NCBI GenBank assembly: GCA_951406725.2
Contig: OX597828.1
Location: 13,888,001-13,952,000, forward strand
Source: Octopus vulgaris
Taxonomy: Eukaryota
Length of the DNA: 64,000 nt
Direction: 5' to 3'
Part shown: in pieces, positions 38,450-54,510 of the stretch
Numbering within the stretch: position 1 is the stretch's first letter
Layout: each line of letters opens with the position of its first letter
Made by a program: the position numbers and the translations under genes
The notes under the pieces: model-generated
Seen by the model: only the letters and a program-made list of their open reading frames with translations
The model's database searches: none
Told to the model about the DNA's origin: nothing

Positions 38450-39738
38450 CATACACACACACACACAAACAAACACACACAAACACGGTGAAAAAAATTA
38501 CATCGTAGTAATATGCAATCCACGATATTCGGGCGAAATTTTAAACCTGAAAGATTTTAAACATCGACCCGGACATGTCAAGCTAATGTTGGATATACCT
38601 GCGTCGGTGTTTAATATTTTACCTTTGTAAAGAGTTTACCTGATGATGGCGGATTCAATATTATCAATACAATCTATATACATACAAAACAAATAACCAC
38701 ACACTTATAAAGACACAGGTATTTGTGCATACGCACATGGAAAACTCTATACGCCTGCATGAAAAGTTCATATATATACAATAGGGTCTTACATATATAA
38801 AATAAGCGAGTTAAAAATTGTTGATTGAGATTACCGAAGTAATTAGTAGAGAAAGTCGCCCTCTAGATTTTCTTAAACTGTATAAGTAAGGGATAAAATT
38901 AGTTGAGTGAAACGTTTAGAATTTATAAACAATGCAAAATGGCGTAGTTCTGATATTTAAAACTTTAATCCTTTCCAATCTACATTAGTTATATATCGTA
39001 CAAACACTTCAATCAACTGATCTTGATAACGTTATCTCCCTTGCATGATTTCTTAATTTATATCTTTAACATCTATTAAAGTTAATTTTTATCTACAAAT
39101 CATCTGGGTAATTTGAGACACTCAAAAGGGATTTTGTTTTATCTACTTATTACTTGGATTATCCTATTCGAGTTTATTCAACTCTATGTGTTATTACTGT
39201 ATTTGTATGCAGAACGCCCACTTGCGGTATATTCTACGCCTTATTTTGTTAGTAAATTCTAAAGTAACAATTTGAACAGCTAGACTTTTCAGAAAAAGAA
39301 ATCACCCAGCGAACACACGTATTTCTTATACAATCTGTAAGTGGAACGGAACAGTACAAATATGCAAAATGTTTCATAAGTTCAGAGTGTCACGTTGTTT
39401 TCTATTCTACAGTCTCTCGATGGAGCTTTGTAACTTTGTTAGAAACCAGTACATTCCTTACAAGACGACTTTAAACAATTGAAAATAGAAACAAGCAAAC
39501 ATACATACATACATACATACAAATATACATAAGCTTATATACAACATACATAGCACACATATACTAACTATAGAGGATTGATGAGTCGATGAGCCGAAAT
39601 CTTTATCGACATATTCAAAAGCAACTTCTATATCATATAATGTGCGCGCGCGCGTATGGTTGCAGGTGTGTGTGCATACGCATTCGTCGATGCATATGCG
39701 CACTTACTTACGTACATACACATATAAGTATACATACA

Positions 39739-39779
<41 letters not shown>

Positions 39780-40058
39780 CCATCCATCCATCCACATATA
39801 TACATACATGTACATGTGTGTGTATATGTGTGTATATGTGTGTGTGTGGAAAGATGAATGGATGGATATATATATACACGAACAAGTGAACAATTGGGAG
39901 AAAGTAGCCTACAACACATTTGATTGGAATCATATGTATTTAATAACAGCCTGATTCCGCTCCGCATTACTTTAAGTTTCGTGTGTGCGATGAGAGGGAC
40001 GAAACTTTAAGCCATATGTGGCTGAATCAAATTACTATTACATATATATATATATATA

Positions 40059-41349
40059 CGAGGGGCGTTCAATAAGTAATGCCTCTGACCCACTTGCAGT
40101 TGTTTGATCTAGCTGAAATTTTGCATGTGCAATTATTAATATCTCTATAGATTAAGTGGCAAATTACAGCTCCGAACTAATTGTGGTTTCTGATTTACAG
40201 GTGTTTGAAATGAGTCAAGTGGGAAATGGAGCATGTTGAGTGTCGAGCAGTGATCCGGTTTTTGTATTTGAAATGACGCACACCACGGGAGACTTTTAAT
40301 GAAATGAAAGTAACTTATGGTGATGATGCCCCATCATATGACCTTGTAAAACGCTGGCATCGTGAATTCAAACATGGTCGGAACTCTGTGGAAACAGCTC
40401 CCAGATCTGGTCGCACCCCTTCTGCCATTGATGAGGCATCTGTCCGTCAAGTTGAGGCTGCCATTTTGGAAGATCGACGCATAACTATTCGCCAAATAGC
40501 CCATGAGGTCAAGATTAGTACCGGGTCTGTGGAAACTATCATTTATGACCATTTGCATATGCAAAAGGTGTCTGCCAGATGGATTTCCAGGTTGCTCACA
40601 CTTTTCCAGAAGCAAGAACGCAAGAATTCCAGAAGCAAGATTTTAGGGATGTGCTAAGAAGATGAGTCAAAATTTTTCAAAAGACTGATTACACAGGATG
40701 AGACCTGGGTCCATCACTATGATCCAGAGACCAAAGCCCAGTCAATGCAGTGGAAGCACCATGACTCACCTCCTCCAAAGAAGGCAAGGGTGCAGCCCTC
40801 CGCTGGCAAGGTCATGCTCACAGTCTTCTGGGACCAGGACGGAGTAGTGATGACAGATTTCCTGGCAAAGGGTACCACAATTACAGGAGCCTATCATGTT
40901 TCACTTTTGAGGAAATTAAGAGAAGCTATCGAAACCAAGAGGCGGGGCAAGATCAGCAAAGGCATCCTCCTCCTGCAGGACAACGCTCCGGTCCACAACT
41001 CGCGTGTCGCCAGATCAGAAGCACAGGCGTGCGGCTATGAACTCTTCCCCCATCCCCCTACTCTCCTGACCTTGCGCCCTCTGATTTTCACCTCTTCCCA
41101 GCCATGAAGTTGTTTTTGAAAGGAAAGCGTTTCCCAGATGATGCAGCCTTGATTTCTGAAGTCACGTCGTGGTTGGAGGACCAAGCTAGGGTCTTCTACG
41201 AAAACAGTCTCCAGAACTGCATCAAACGATGGGAGAAATGCGTACCTCTGGGTTGTTCCTATGTAGAAAAAGACTAATACCTGTGCCAAGTTTCGTTGCT
41301 CTACTGCTATGGGAAGTGGGTCAAGGGCATTACTTATTGAACGCCCCTC

Positions 41350-41350
<1 letters not shown>
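40059..41350 (+). mobile_element. Full-length mariner (DD34D) transposon, 1292 bp
   Basis: TIRs CGAGGGGCGTTCAATAAGTAATGCC, inserted in (TA)n. Confidence 0.95.
40226..41277 (+). pseudogene. Mariner transposase pseudogene
   Basis: [52 protein letters not shown]; premature stops and frameshifts. Confidence 0.92.
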
Positions 41351-41394
<44 letters not shown>

Positions 41395-41456
41395 CATACT
41401 TACATACATACATACATGTATGTATGTATATATACATATACGCACATATGCATATA

Positions 41457-41504
<48 letters not shown>

Positions 41505-41527
41505 TAGATATATAGATAGATAGATAG

Positions 41528-41578
<51 letters not shown>

Positions 41579-41591
41579 TACATATATATGT

Positions 41592-41925
41592 AGGCGTAGG
41601 GTATAGTCCCACTCCGTGGCACCTTGGGCAACTTTCTTCTACTATAGCCTCAGGCTGACCAAAGCCTTCTGAGTGAATTTGGTAGACGGAAGCTGAAAGC
41701 AGCCCGTCATATATGCGTGTGTGTGTGTGTCTGTCTGCTTTTCTCCATTTACCATTGCTTGACAACAGATGCTGGTGTGTTTACATCCCCGTTAACTTAG
41801 CTGTTTCATCAAAGGAGAGCGATAGAATAAGTACTAGGTATGCAAAGAATAAGTGCTGAGGGCGATTTGTTCGACTAAAGGCAGTGCTCCAGCATGGCTG
41901 AAGTCAAATGACTGAAACAAGTAAC
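41592..41925 (+). mobile_element. SINE-A copy with deleted head
   Basis: CACCTTGGGCAA body and GCTCCAGCATGGC..GACTGAAAC tail. Confidence 0.8.
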
Positions 41926-41988
<63 letters not shown>

Positions 41989-42518
41989 ATATATATATGT
42001 GTGTGTATATATATATATACATATACACACACGATGTTTTTTTCATTGTTCCGACAGCTTTTTATAGTGTTTGATGTTACATATAACCTTGCTTAGGGGC
42101 TAACAACATACATACATACATACATACATACATACATACATACATACATACATACATGCTCAACTACTCATGACTATATAGTTGCCCACATATATTTACA
42201 CATGCAAACACAGCTTGGTTAAAACCCAAGCTGTGTTAGTATGTTTCTTTGAAGATATATATTTATGTATAGTTTCTTGTGTAGATTAAAAATGTAGAGT
42301 TGTGAGAAAGCAGATAGCTGAGTGGATAGAATGCTGGACAAAATTGTTTATAATATGTAGTTGCGATCTTTTGTTTCCTGATTTCGATCCACATCGACGT
42401 CGTTACCTTCCCAGCCATCATTTCCGGATGAGATATTCAATAAAATAAACTACGAGTCAAATACTTTAGTTGACGTACTCTGCTATACTCACCTTCTCAC
42501 CAAACGTATGACTTTGCA

Positions 42519-42750
42519 AGGCGGCGAGCTGGCAGAAACGTTAGCACGCCGGGCGAGATGCTTAGCGGTATTTCCTCTGCAGTTACGTTCTGAGTTCAAA
42601 TTCCGCCGAGGTCAACTTTGTCTTTCATCCTTTCGGGGTCGATAAATTAAGTACCAGTTACGAATTGGGGTCGATGTAATCGACTCAATTCCTTTGTCTG
42701 TCCTTGTTTGTCCCGTCTATGTTTAGCCTCTTCTTGGCAATAAAGAAATG
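42519..42750 (+). mobile_element. SINE-B monomer
   Basis: Complete B sequence; degenerate TSD AAACGTRTGRCTTTG. Confidence 0.88.
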
Positions 42751-43144
42751 AAAACGTGTGGCTTTGTGCCAACACTTTTTAATCACAGCTCTTTACAGTT
42801 ATGTGAAGACGTGTGGTCTAATGGTTAGGGTGCTGCTCTGACGATCGCTAGATGCGGCTTCGATTTCCCAGAGCGGGAGTGCATTGTATTCTTGAGCAAA
42901 ATACATAATTTCACATTGCTTCAATCTACCCAGCTGTAAATGAGAAACTCTGTAACACACTGGCGTCCTGTTCAAGGAGGGTGGTGGTGGCATGTTGTGA
43001 TCCCTCCAAAGAAACCGGGTAACTGGCCACATGAATCATAGGGCTTCTAACATCTTTACTTTCTATGTGTCGATATGTTCGGACTCCAGTTCGTTGTTCA
43101 ACTCTTTTGAGTCAGTTAAATAAAGTACCAGTCATGTAAAAAAA

Positions 43145-43483
43145 GGGTAAAGACCCCTTTCGGTCACGAATGACCATGAGACTGCACATAGAAAGTTACC
43201 TTCCAAGGCACAAGTCCGGGGGGCAAGGTTGTTTGTGGACGACCAGCAGTCGCCCATGCATACCAGGTTCCCCTCTTCTCGCCACCGATGTTATCTAAGG
43301 GCAAGGCAAAGGGGCCGATACAGCTTGGCATCAGAAACGTCACAACTTGATTCTGCAGCTGATTGAACGGAAGCAACGTAGAATAAAGTGTTTTGCTCAA
43401 GAACACTACACAGTCCGGGCCGGGAATCGAACCCACTACCGCGTGATTGTGAGCCCGACGCTGTAATCACTGAGTCAGGCGCC
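43145..43483 (-). mobile_element. SINE family C (tail type 3), full length
   Basis: Minus-strand tRNA-like head GGCGCCTGACTCAGTG..GGTTCGATTCC; tail matches 30975-31290. Confidence 0.8.
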
Positions 43484-44004
43484 TTTACCAATCGTGTAAT
43501 GAGTTAGATTAATATAACAAAAACAACAACAACAACAATAACAACAACAACCCTTCTTTTCTTGAAACGTTTGGCTTTGTACGTCGGTCTTTTTTTGTGT
43601 TATCCTTTTAAAAGCGGGTCCGTTGCTAGAGAGTAAAACAGAGACAGATGGAAGTGTGTGTTGGTGTATGAGTGTGAATAAAGGAATGTGTATGTTTGTG
43701 AATGAAAGGACGTACGTGTATGCACAAATGTGTGTGTGTGTATACTTGTGAATATGATGCTATGTATGTGTTTGTATATGACAAGATGTGTGGGTAAATG
43801 AATATGTGCGTATTACGTTATCAATAATATGGAGTATTAGAGTGAAATAATATTGTCCTGACGACAATATTTTCTGACGAGTGTGTCATTTCAAGTATGT
43901 CGTCATAGTCCCACGATCGCATAGATATTTGAAACTCATCTGTAGTCCGTACTATACTTTTACATGCTAGTACGGTTTGGAATTTTGGTTAAATAAACCC
44001 TAGG

Positions 44005-45590
44005 TCTAAACTGGTATTTATTTTAACGACTTTACTCTTGACGGACGAAATGAAAGGCATTGTTGTCCTCTGCGGGATTTGAGCTCAGAACGTAAAGTGC
44101 CAGAGCAAATACTACTGCCCGACGCTTTAACGATTCTGCCAGTTTACCCCACTGACTTTGAGTTGGCAGAATTGTTAGAGCGTTGAAAAAAAACCACGCG
44201 ATGTTTGTTCCGGTTCTTTAAGTTCTGAGTTCAAATCTCTCCGTAATCAACTTTACCTTTCATAGCCTCGGAATCTATAAAATAAAATACCAGCATAATA
44301 TTGGGGTCGATATGATCAACTGGCCCTGAAAATAGCTGGTTTGGTGCCTAAATTTAAAATAAATGATGAGTGTATGGTGTTGTAGTTGTGGTAGTATTGT
44401 TGTTGCTGTTGTTGTTGGTGGTGGTGGTAGTGTTGACAGTGGTGATTGTGATGATGATGATGATGGTATTAGTAACGGTAGTGGTAGTGGTGGTGGTGGC
44501 GGCGGTGGCGGATTGGTAACAGTATTGGTAGAGCGCCTAACAAAATTATTTCCCAAATATTTGTTCTGAGTTCGAATCCTGTTAAGCTCAACTTTATCTT
44601 TCAGCCTTCCAGGGCAAGAGGCCTCGGTGAAATAAATTACACACAGAGAAGTGAGGAGCGTCGACCCATACAGGAGGTAGTGAGGGTCACTTCAATAGAT
44701 ACACAACCCCTCATCACTTCTTCCCCTTACAGAATTTGTGGCCTTTACTCCTAATCATAGACACCATCATTGTTGTATCTTTACCGACAACTGCGCGTTT
44801 GGATTCCATTATGTCATATCCAAGAATAACATCCGTTTAATTATATTCTAGATCTGGAATTGAATGTGGATGTTGTTGTTATTAGCATTATTGTTAATAT
44901 CAACGTAGTGAGCTGGCAGAATCGTTAGCGCGCCGGTTAAAATGCTTGGCGGCATTTCGTCTGTCTTTATTTTCTGAGTTCGAATTCCACCCAAGTTGAC
45001 GCTGCATTTCGCCCCTGTTGGGGTCGATGAAATAGGTACTAGTTGAGTACTGGGGTCGATGTAATTGATTTATCGCTCCCCTCGAAAATTACTGGCCCGG
45101 TGCCAAAATTTGAAACCATTATTATTATTGTTATTTTTGTAAAGTTGCCGGGCTGACAGAATCGTTAGCGTGCCGGACAAAATGTTAAGTGGCATTTTGT
45201 CCGTCTTTACGTTCTGAGTTCAAATTCCACCGAGGTCGACTTTGCCTTTTATGCTTTCGGGTTCGATACCAATGAAACACTGGGGTCGATTTAATCGACT
45301 AGTACCCTCCTCCAAAATTTCAGGTTTTCTACCTTCAGTAGGAAAGACTATCATTATTATTATTATTATTAAGTTGTCGAGCTGGCAGAAACGTTAGCGT
45401 GCCGGACAAAATGCTTAGTGGTATTTCGTCCGTCTTTACGTTCTGGATTCAAATTCCGCCGAGGCTGACTTTGTCTTTCATTCTTTCAGGGTCACTAAAA
45501 TAAGTGCCAGTCGAGGACTGGGATCGATGTAATCATCTTTGCCCCTTCCCTCAAAATTTCAGGTCTTTTGTCTATAGTAGAATGGATTAT
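44005..45590. mobile_element. Cluster of SINE-B' copies
   Basis: Minus 44005-44148; plus 44159-44360, ~44500-44610, 44905-45125, 45143-45355 and 45372-45590; the last three are separated by (ATT)n tails. Confidence 0.8.
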
Positions 45591-45919
45591 TATCATTGTT
45601 GCTTAACCCTAGGTTAACCCAGTTCAAGCAACGCTCTCATCAAATGCAATTAAACCATGATCATTCTGGCATATTTTAGCCATAGTGTATCGTTATAGGC
45701 ACTTTATACCCTACAGTGGTACACAACGGCCAAGTTGACCTGGGTGGGGTGGGGTTGGGGGTGGGGGTAAACAACGACAACGACAACAGAAGCAGCAGTA
45801 GCAGCGGTAGCAGTGTTGCATTTCAATATGTCATCAGTCTTCTGTCAAATAACTTGCGACACAACATTATACCTGTTGGCACCTGAAATACCCAAACCAA
45901 CACCACCACCTCCACCACC

Positions 45920-46035
<116 letters not shown>

Positions 46036-46158
46036 CAGCAGCAGTAGTAGTAGTAGTAGTCTTTGACAAGGAAGACGTTTACACTGTTATAGCCGTCAGA
46101 ATTCTAGACATGTCCTGTATATTTAGAAAGCAATAGCAACAAAGACGCTCACACGCAT

Positions 46159-46245
<87 letters not shown>

Positions 46246-46492
46246 CATACAAATGGTGTGTAGACATATTGATAGGCAATCATAGTTAGAGTGATGGAGA
46301 TGAAAGCACACATATCTAGACTTCTAACCTTCGTTCTTTATTCATTCATTCACTCATTCACTCATTCGCTCATTCATTCATTCATTCTTTCGTTCGTTCT
46401 TTCTTTCTTTCTGTCTCTCCCTCTCTGAACTCCCATTCTTTCTCTCTCTCTCATATATGTCGTAAACATATATATATATATTTATATGTATG

Positions 46493-46593
<101 letters not shown>

Positions 46594-46657
46594 ATGTATA
46601 TGTATATGCATGTATGTGTGAGTGTGTATGAATGTATACACATACACACTCACACAA

Positions 46658-46725
<68 letters not shown>

Positions 46726-46985
46726 CATGTGTATATACAAACACATGTATGTATGTATATACATGCATACATACAAACACATGTATGTATAGGATACGTG
46801 ATGTTGTATGTGTGTTTGTGTGTGCGTATGTGTATGTCTGAGTGTGTGTCTGTGTGTAAGTATGCATCTGTGTGTGAGTTTGTGTGTATTTCGTGTTACG
46901 CTTAGAAACGGTGCACGTTCGTATTAGATGATTTCAAAATATTACATTATTACAACTAACAGGTATATGTATGCACACACACACG

Positions 46986-47041
<56 letters not shown>

Positions 47042-47132
47042 TATACGCACACACACACACACATATAAATAGATAGGTGGAGATAAAGAGGCAAGCAAAA
47101 CAGATGGACAGAATAGAAAGCAATATATTTAT

Positions 47133-47165
<33 letters not shown>

Positions 47166-47507
47166 AATATACATACATATATACATACGCACATACATGC
47201 GTAAATGCATATATGAATAGATAAATGATACATACGTATATGAACAGATATATATATGTACATACATACATACATACATACATACATACATACATACATA
47301 CATACATACATACATGCATACATACATCCACACATACATATACATATACATACTACATACAACATGCATACACGTATATATTTATTCATACGCGCGTACA
47401 TACATACATATATATACATACATATACATACATACATCTCTCTACTAGTCTACCTCTTTATTTAGAAGTGTGTCTGTGTGTGAATGCATGTAACAATTGT
47501 ATTTATA

Positions 47508-47570
<63 letters not shown>

Positions 47571-47588
47571 GCGTATATATATATATAT

Positions 47589-47790
47589 GGGGAGAATTCA
47601 CAAAAAAAAAAACAGAAGACGAAGACTGGTTGTGTAGACAACAAAAAGATGTATTACTATAACGTTTGGGAAGTGAAAAAGCCTTTAATGTTTCGAGCCT
47701 ACGCTCTTTCACAGAAAGGAACACAGAAAGAAACAAGGAGAGAAAATGAAGGGAGAAAATAAAGAATGTGTAGTGGCTAGTGATCTATGA
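47589..47790 (-). mobile_element. Penelope-type terminal fragment with a hammerhead-like motif
   Basis: Minus strand CCTTT-CTGTGAAA-GAGC GTAG GCTC-GAAACATT-AAAGG (47682-47719), downstream of a pyrimidine tract. Confidence 0.45.
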
Positions 47791-48408
47791 TGCGATCTAT
47801 ATACATGCACACATACATACATACATACATACACATACTTAAGCATGCATACGTCGATGCAAACGTATATGTGACCATACGCAAATGAATTTGTATGTGT
47901 ATATATACGTAGATAGTACGTATATTCATACACTCATACATACAAACATACACACAAATGGACATGTACATACCTGTATCCATGCACACGCGCGCGCGCG
48001 CGTGAGCGTACTCAGGTACACGCACATATACCCGTTGATGGCGTAATGTAAACACCAAGATCAATAATGATAACAATAACAACAACACCTCTGACACCAA
48101 CAACACGAAGTGCGGCAACAGCAACAAACATAACAACAACAACAACAACAATAACAATAACAATAGCGACAACACTGATGTAATCAAAACGAAAGACAAA
48201 ACGTATATACAACAGCAACAATATTAATTATAATAATAATAATAATGATAAAAACAATGGCAATAATAATCAATCAATTAATTGAAGAATCAGTAAACAA
48301 TTAAAAATGAAAAGATAAAATTTATCGAAACACAAGATGAGGTTACCTGTCTTTGTTGCAGCAATATATATATATACACATATACATATACATACATACA
48401 TACATACA

Positions 48409-48442
<34 letters not shown>

Positions 48443-48447
48443 CACAT

Positions 48448-48496
<49 letters not shown>

Positions 48497-48564
48497 TACA
48501 TATATATCTGTATGTATGTATGTATGTATATAATATATATATATTCTATACATAGAATACATAG

Positions 48565-48628
<64 letters not shown>

Positions 48629-48667
48629 TATATACATACATTCATACATATACATATGTATATATGC

Positions 48668-48705
<38 letters not shown>

Positions 48706-48952
48706 TCACACACATGTATGCATGTATATAAAGCACATCAATATTTTTTTTCGTCTAGGACCGCATTTTACGTAAATGTGATCCCTTAAAAATACAGCTT
48801 CATCATTTTGTTTGTTTGTTTGTTATTTTTGCTGTTTTTTTTAAAGTTTTTTGTTCTTCTTTCACATGACATGACATGACATAACACTTTGTATTTTGTC
48901 GTAGTTGTTGTTATTGGATTATATTGTCATTTTCCATTTTTATATTCATGTT

Positions 48953-49008
<56 letters not shown>

Positions 49009-49440
49009 CGTGTATGTATGTACGTCTGTGTGTTTTGGGGGGGTTAAGAACATGATGGGTTAACTTTCTTTTCCCTTCTTTTTTTTTGGGTTTCTTTTAT
49101 ATTATTATTTTCCTTAAAATAAGCTTTATATATTTTTTAATTATTTTTTTATGGGTGATGAAGGGAACGTTGATGGGTGAGGTAAGTGGGTGTGTTTGGG
49201 CATTTTTTCTTATGATTTGTTGGCTTTTTTGTTTATTTTCCGTTTAATTTTTCTCTCCGTTTTTCTTTTTCTCTTTTTCTTTTTGTTTTGTCATAATTGT
49301 TAATAATGATAATCATTGTTTTTGGTCCAATATTCCCCAGGAGACAAACACAACACTGTTCATTTCAAAACTCTCTTATATCACAGTTAAATAGAATCCT
49401 GGGTTTACGAAAATTCAGAACAATAATGTTTAATAAACGA

Positions 49441-49475
<35 letters not shown>

Positions 49476-49930
49476 CACATATACACACAGACACACACGC
49501 ATATATGCGACAATTCATTTTCATTCGCTGTGGATTTTGTTGTTATTGTTGATGTTCGTGTTCATTCATTTTTTAAAAGATAATTAATGTTTTTTCATTT
49601 GTTTTATTCATCTTATTGTTTTTTTTTAATTAATATTTCAGTTTCCTGGTAGATGCTGGAGGATATATTTCCCCTGCCTCTCTTTCTGATTAGAATCAAA
49701 ATTGTTCATCTATTTATATAGTGTCCAGTATGTATGTATGTATGTATGTATGTATGTATGTATGTATGTATGTATGTATGAATGTATGTATGTATGTATG
49801 TGTGTGTATGTATGTATGTATGTATGTGTGTATGTATGTGTATATGTATATATTTGTATATGTGTATGTGCATATGTATATGCATATATATGTATATATA
49901 TATATATATTTATGTATGTATGTATATATG

Positions 49931-49970
<40 letters not shown>

Positions 49971-49988
49971 CATATATATATATACACA

Positions 49989-50030
<42 letters not shown>

Positions 50031-50178
50031 TATATACACATGCATATATTTATATATACATCATGAATCTATATATATACATGTATGTGTAAGTTTCAAT
50101 CATTGGACTGCAACCAATGTCAGTCAATACACACACACACACACATACACGTACACAGTCACATATACATATGTATGC

Positions 50179-50258
<80 letters not shown>

Positions 50259-50477
50259 ATATAAAATATAAATGTATGTGCATGTATGTATGTGTGTATA
50301 TGTGCATGCATTGATGTATATATAAATTTATAAATATTCTTCAGATTACAGAAATAGAAAAACTACACACCCACAGATACACACGCGCACACATACGCAC
50401 ACACACATATGTATATATATGCATATATATATATATGTATGTGTGTGTGTGTGTGCGTGTGTATTTACATATATATG

Positions 50478-50569
<92 letters not shown>

Positions 50570-50849
50570 TATAAGCAACCATATACATTAATATAAATGC
50601 ATACACACGTTAAACATAGTTACGCACTTTCACACATAGACACAAATTTATAAATATTCCTTTGTTGATAATCAATTAAGTATTTAGATTGTAAAACTGT
50701 AGATATTTTATGCAGTTATTTTTATGTAAAAGAAATATTATTCTTACTACGTTTGTCTTTCATCATCTTTCCTCACTTTCATTGAGAGAGAAAAAATATA
50801 TATTTAAGGACAGTTAAATATTCCATGAGAGTATCTTCTGTTCATCCAA

Positions 50850-50916
<67 letters not shown>

Positions 50917-51061
50917 ACACACACACACATATATATCTATATATGATATATATAAAGTATAACTATATATATATATATGAATACAGATATACCTATGAGT
51001 ATGTATACATATATGTGTGTGTGTGTGTGAATGCGTATATATGTATATATATTATATAGAT

Positions 51062-51095
<34 letters not shown>

Positions 51096-51632
51096 TCAAA
51101 TATATGCATACGTCTGTCTATACGAACGCATCAATGTAAAAAATGTATAAAGCCCTATATATATAATCCACACTCCCATATACATACACAGTGACACACA
51201 TACATATAGATATATATGTATGTATACATGTATGTGTATATATAAATGTTTGTATGTGTATGTGTCTATATAACAATATACTTGATTATGTACATATGTG
51301 TACGAATATTTGATAAAGCAACACTCGTATTGATTAGCATGAAGGTAATTTGTTTTATAGAGAAACTATGCCTACACCATGTATAGCGACAGGTAGAGAT
51401 GTATCGCATACATGTGCATGCACATGCATGGTTATGCTTGTACCTATAAATGTAAGTATATGTACATGTGTATCTATATATGTGTGTATATGTATGCATG
51501 TATATATGTGTATATATATATATATATACATGCATATGTATGTCTGTATACGTATATATATATATATACATATATATATATGTACATACATGCATACATA
51601 CATACTTGTATATATATATATACATACATACA

Positions 51633-51673
<41 letters not shown>

Positions 51674-52563
51674 ATATGTATGTATGCATGTATGTATAAA
51701 TATATACTTGCATGTATAACTTATATACACAGAAATTTTTATATCTCTTCATAAATATATCGCCCACCACAAAAACAAATAATGACAAAGAAAAATAATA
51801 AAAAAAATACTCAAACAATACGTAATTTGCATATAATCTGAAGATGACGCACTCTATGTCTTTGGATTGATTGCACAAAGAATTTGAAGTCCTACTTAAG
51901 TTCTTCACGTTTTGGTGACTAAACCAAGGATGTTACTCTTTTTTTGCTTCCTGCCAGGCACATTATGCTAACATTATATGACAACCATATTCGGCAATCC
52001 ACACACACACACACACACACACACACAGGCGCGCCCGCACACATTTGTACGCATGCACGCAATCACGCACACAAACCCGCACACACACATACAATCACGC
52101 CCGCCCGTCCGTCCGCCCGTCCGCCGGCACGCACACACTCTCTCATAACTTATATGTAAACAGCTGTAGAGATTAACTGAATTCATTGGGAACGCGAAGA
52201 ATACGTTTTCGTCACCTACTTAAACGAAAACAAAAAGCAACTTTTAAGTTTTCGCACCTCTCTCCCTCTTCCTCTCCCTCATCCCCCTCTCTCTCTCTCT
52301 CTCTCCCGTTGTCATCTCATATATATTATTTTAACCTCACCAGTGTGTGTGTGTGTGTCTGCGTGTATGTAGATATATATATATATATATAATTATATAT
52401 AGATATATACATATATATATATACATATATTCATACTTACATACATACATATATACATAACAGATGCATGTATGCATCATGTATACAGTATATATATATA
52501 TATATATATATACACACAGTTATATATATATATATACACATTTATATATATATATATATACAG

Positions 52564-52594
<31 letters not shown>

Positions 52595-52635
52595 CGTTAT
52601 ATATATATATACACATTTATATATATATATATACA

Positions 52636-52671
<36 letters not shown>

Positions 52672-52771
52672 GATATTCATATAAATGTATAGATATATAT
52701 GCAAGTATACATATATGCATCTATATGCATGTGTATGCACATACATGCATACAGTCATACATATATGTATG

Positions 52772-52854
<83 letters not shown>

Positions 52855-53582
52855 ACGTAAATAGATTATATGGTTAGATAAATATATTAACCTATATGTT
52901 GGTATGCTTATACATGTAACTATGAAGACACAAACTCATATATATATACACATCTATATATATATATATACGCACGCATACACACACACACATATATATA
53001 CATATATATACACATATATATACACTCACAAATTGAAGCAGACAAAAAAGTGTAAATGCTGATAGAGATTATTACGCTTGAACTCGCACCCACGTATACG
53101 CTCGCCCACATTCACGCACACGCACACACACACACACGCACACACACATACATACACACTCATACACACATACACACATCTGCACACGAACACATACGCA
53201 CATGCTCTGCACACCCACACAATATTTGCATAAATTTATATTTACGCACGCATACATATTTTTTTCGCATACCCACACACTCACACACAGATATATACAA
53301 ACACACATATGAATGATTATACGCATATAAACATATATAAATATATATATATATACATATGTATGTGTGTATGTATTAATGTACGGATAAAGCTTCCTCA
53401 GTTCCTACACACACGCGCACGCGCATACACACACATGTAAAGTTATCATGTAAGAATTTGCTCACGGGGACAGATTATTAATAAGCTTTCACTTATTTAT
53501 ACAAATATATATTTTACATAAATATCTATCTATATATGTACATTATTATATACAATTACGTTTATGTATAATCGTATGTATA

Positions 53583-53625
<43 letters not shown>

Positions 53626-53652
53626 TGCATACGCATATACGCATTTTCATAC

Positions 53653-53727
<75 letters not shown>

Positions 53728-53954
53728 CACATATATATATATATATATATGTCTGTGTGTGTTTGTGTGTATGTGTGTGTTTTTGTGTCTGTGTGTGTAT
53801 GTGTTATTCACTAAAGTATGGCGATGCCTGTATTTAGTGAAATAATACCAAAGTTAGTATTTTTTTAAATAATAAATTTTTTTTACGATTTTAACAGGAA
53901 AACAATAAATATAACGGTCGTTCGCACATCATTATTATTATTATAATTATTATA

Positions 53955-54028
<74 letters not shown>

Positions 54029-54164
54029 CATCATCGTTATTATTATTATTATGGTGTTGTTGGTGTTTGTTTTTGCTTTGTTTTATTTTGTTTTGTTTCT
54101 TTTAAGTTCAAATTTAGCCACGGGCGAATCTGTTCTTGTTGGGGTTTTTTAATATTAAATACAA

Positions 54165-54247
<83 letters not shown>

Positions 54248-54510
54248 ATACATGCACATATATATATAATGTATGTGTGTATGTATATGTATGTATATAG
54301 GTATGTGCATATGTATGCATATATATATATGTACATATATATATTCATATATATATATATACACACACACATATGCATACAATGTTATTTTTTTTGTTTT
54401 ACCCTCCCCTTTTCGGTTTTGTTTTGGTTTGTGTTGTTTTGTTTTTGTTTTGTTTTTTGCTTTGTTTTTTGTTGCTTTTTTTGTTTTTGTTTTGTTTTGT
54501 TTTTACCATT

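Noticed and set aside
45818-45840. Minus-strand CTGATGA-CATATT-GAAA
   Set aside because: Stem II cannot form; likely chance
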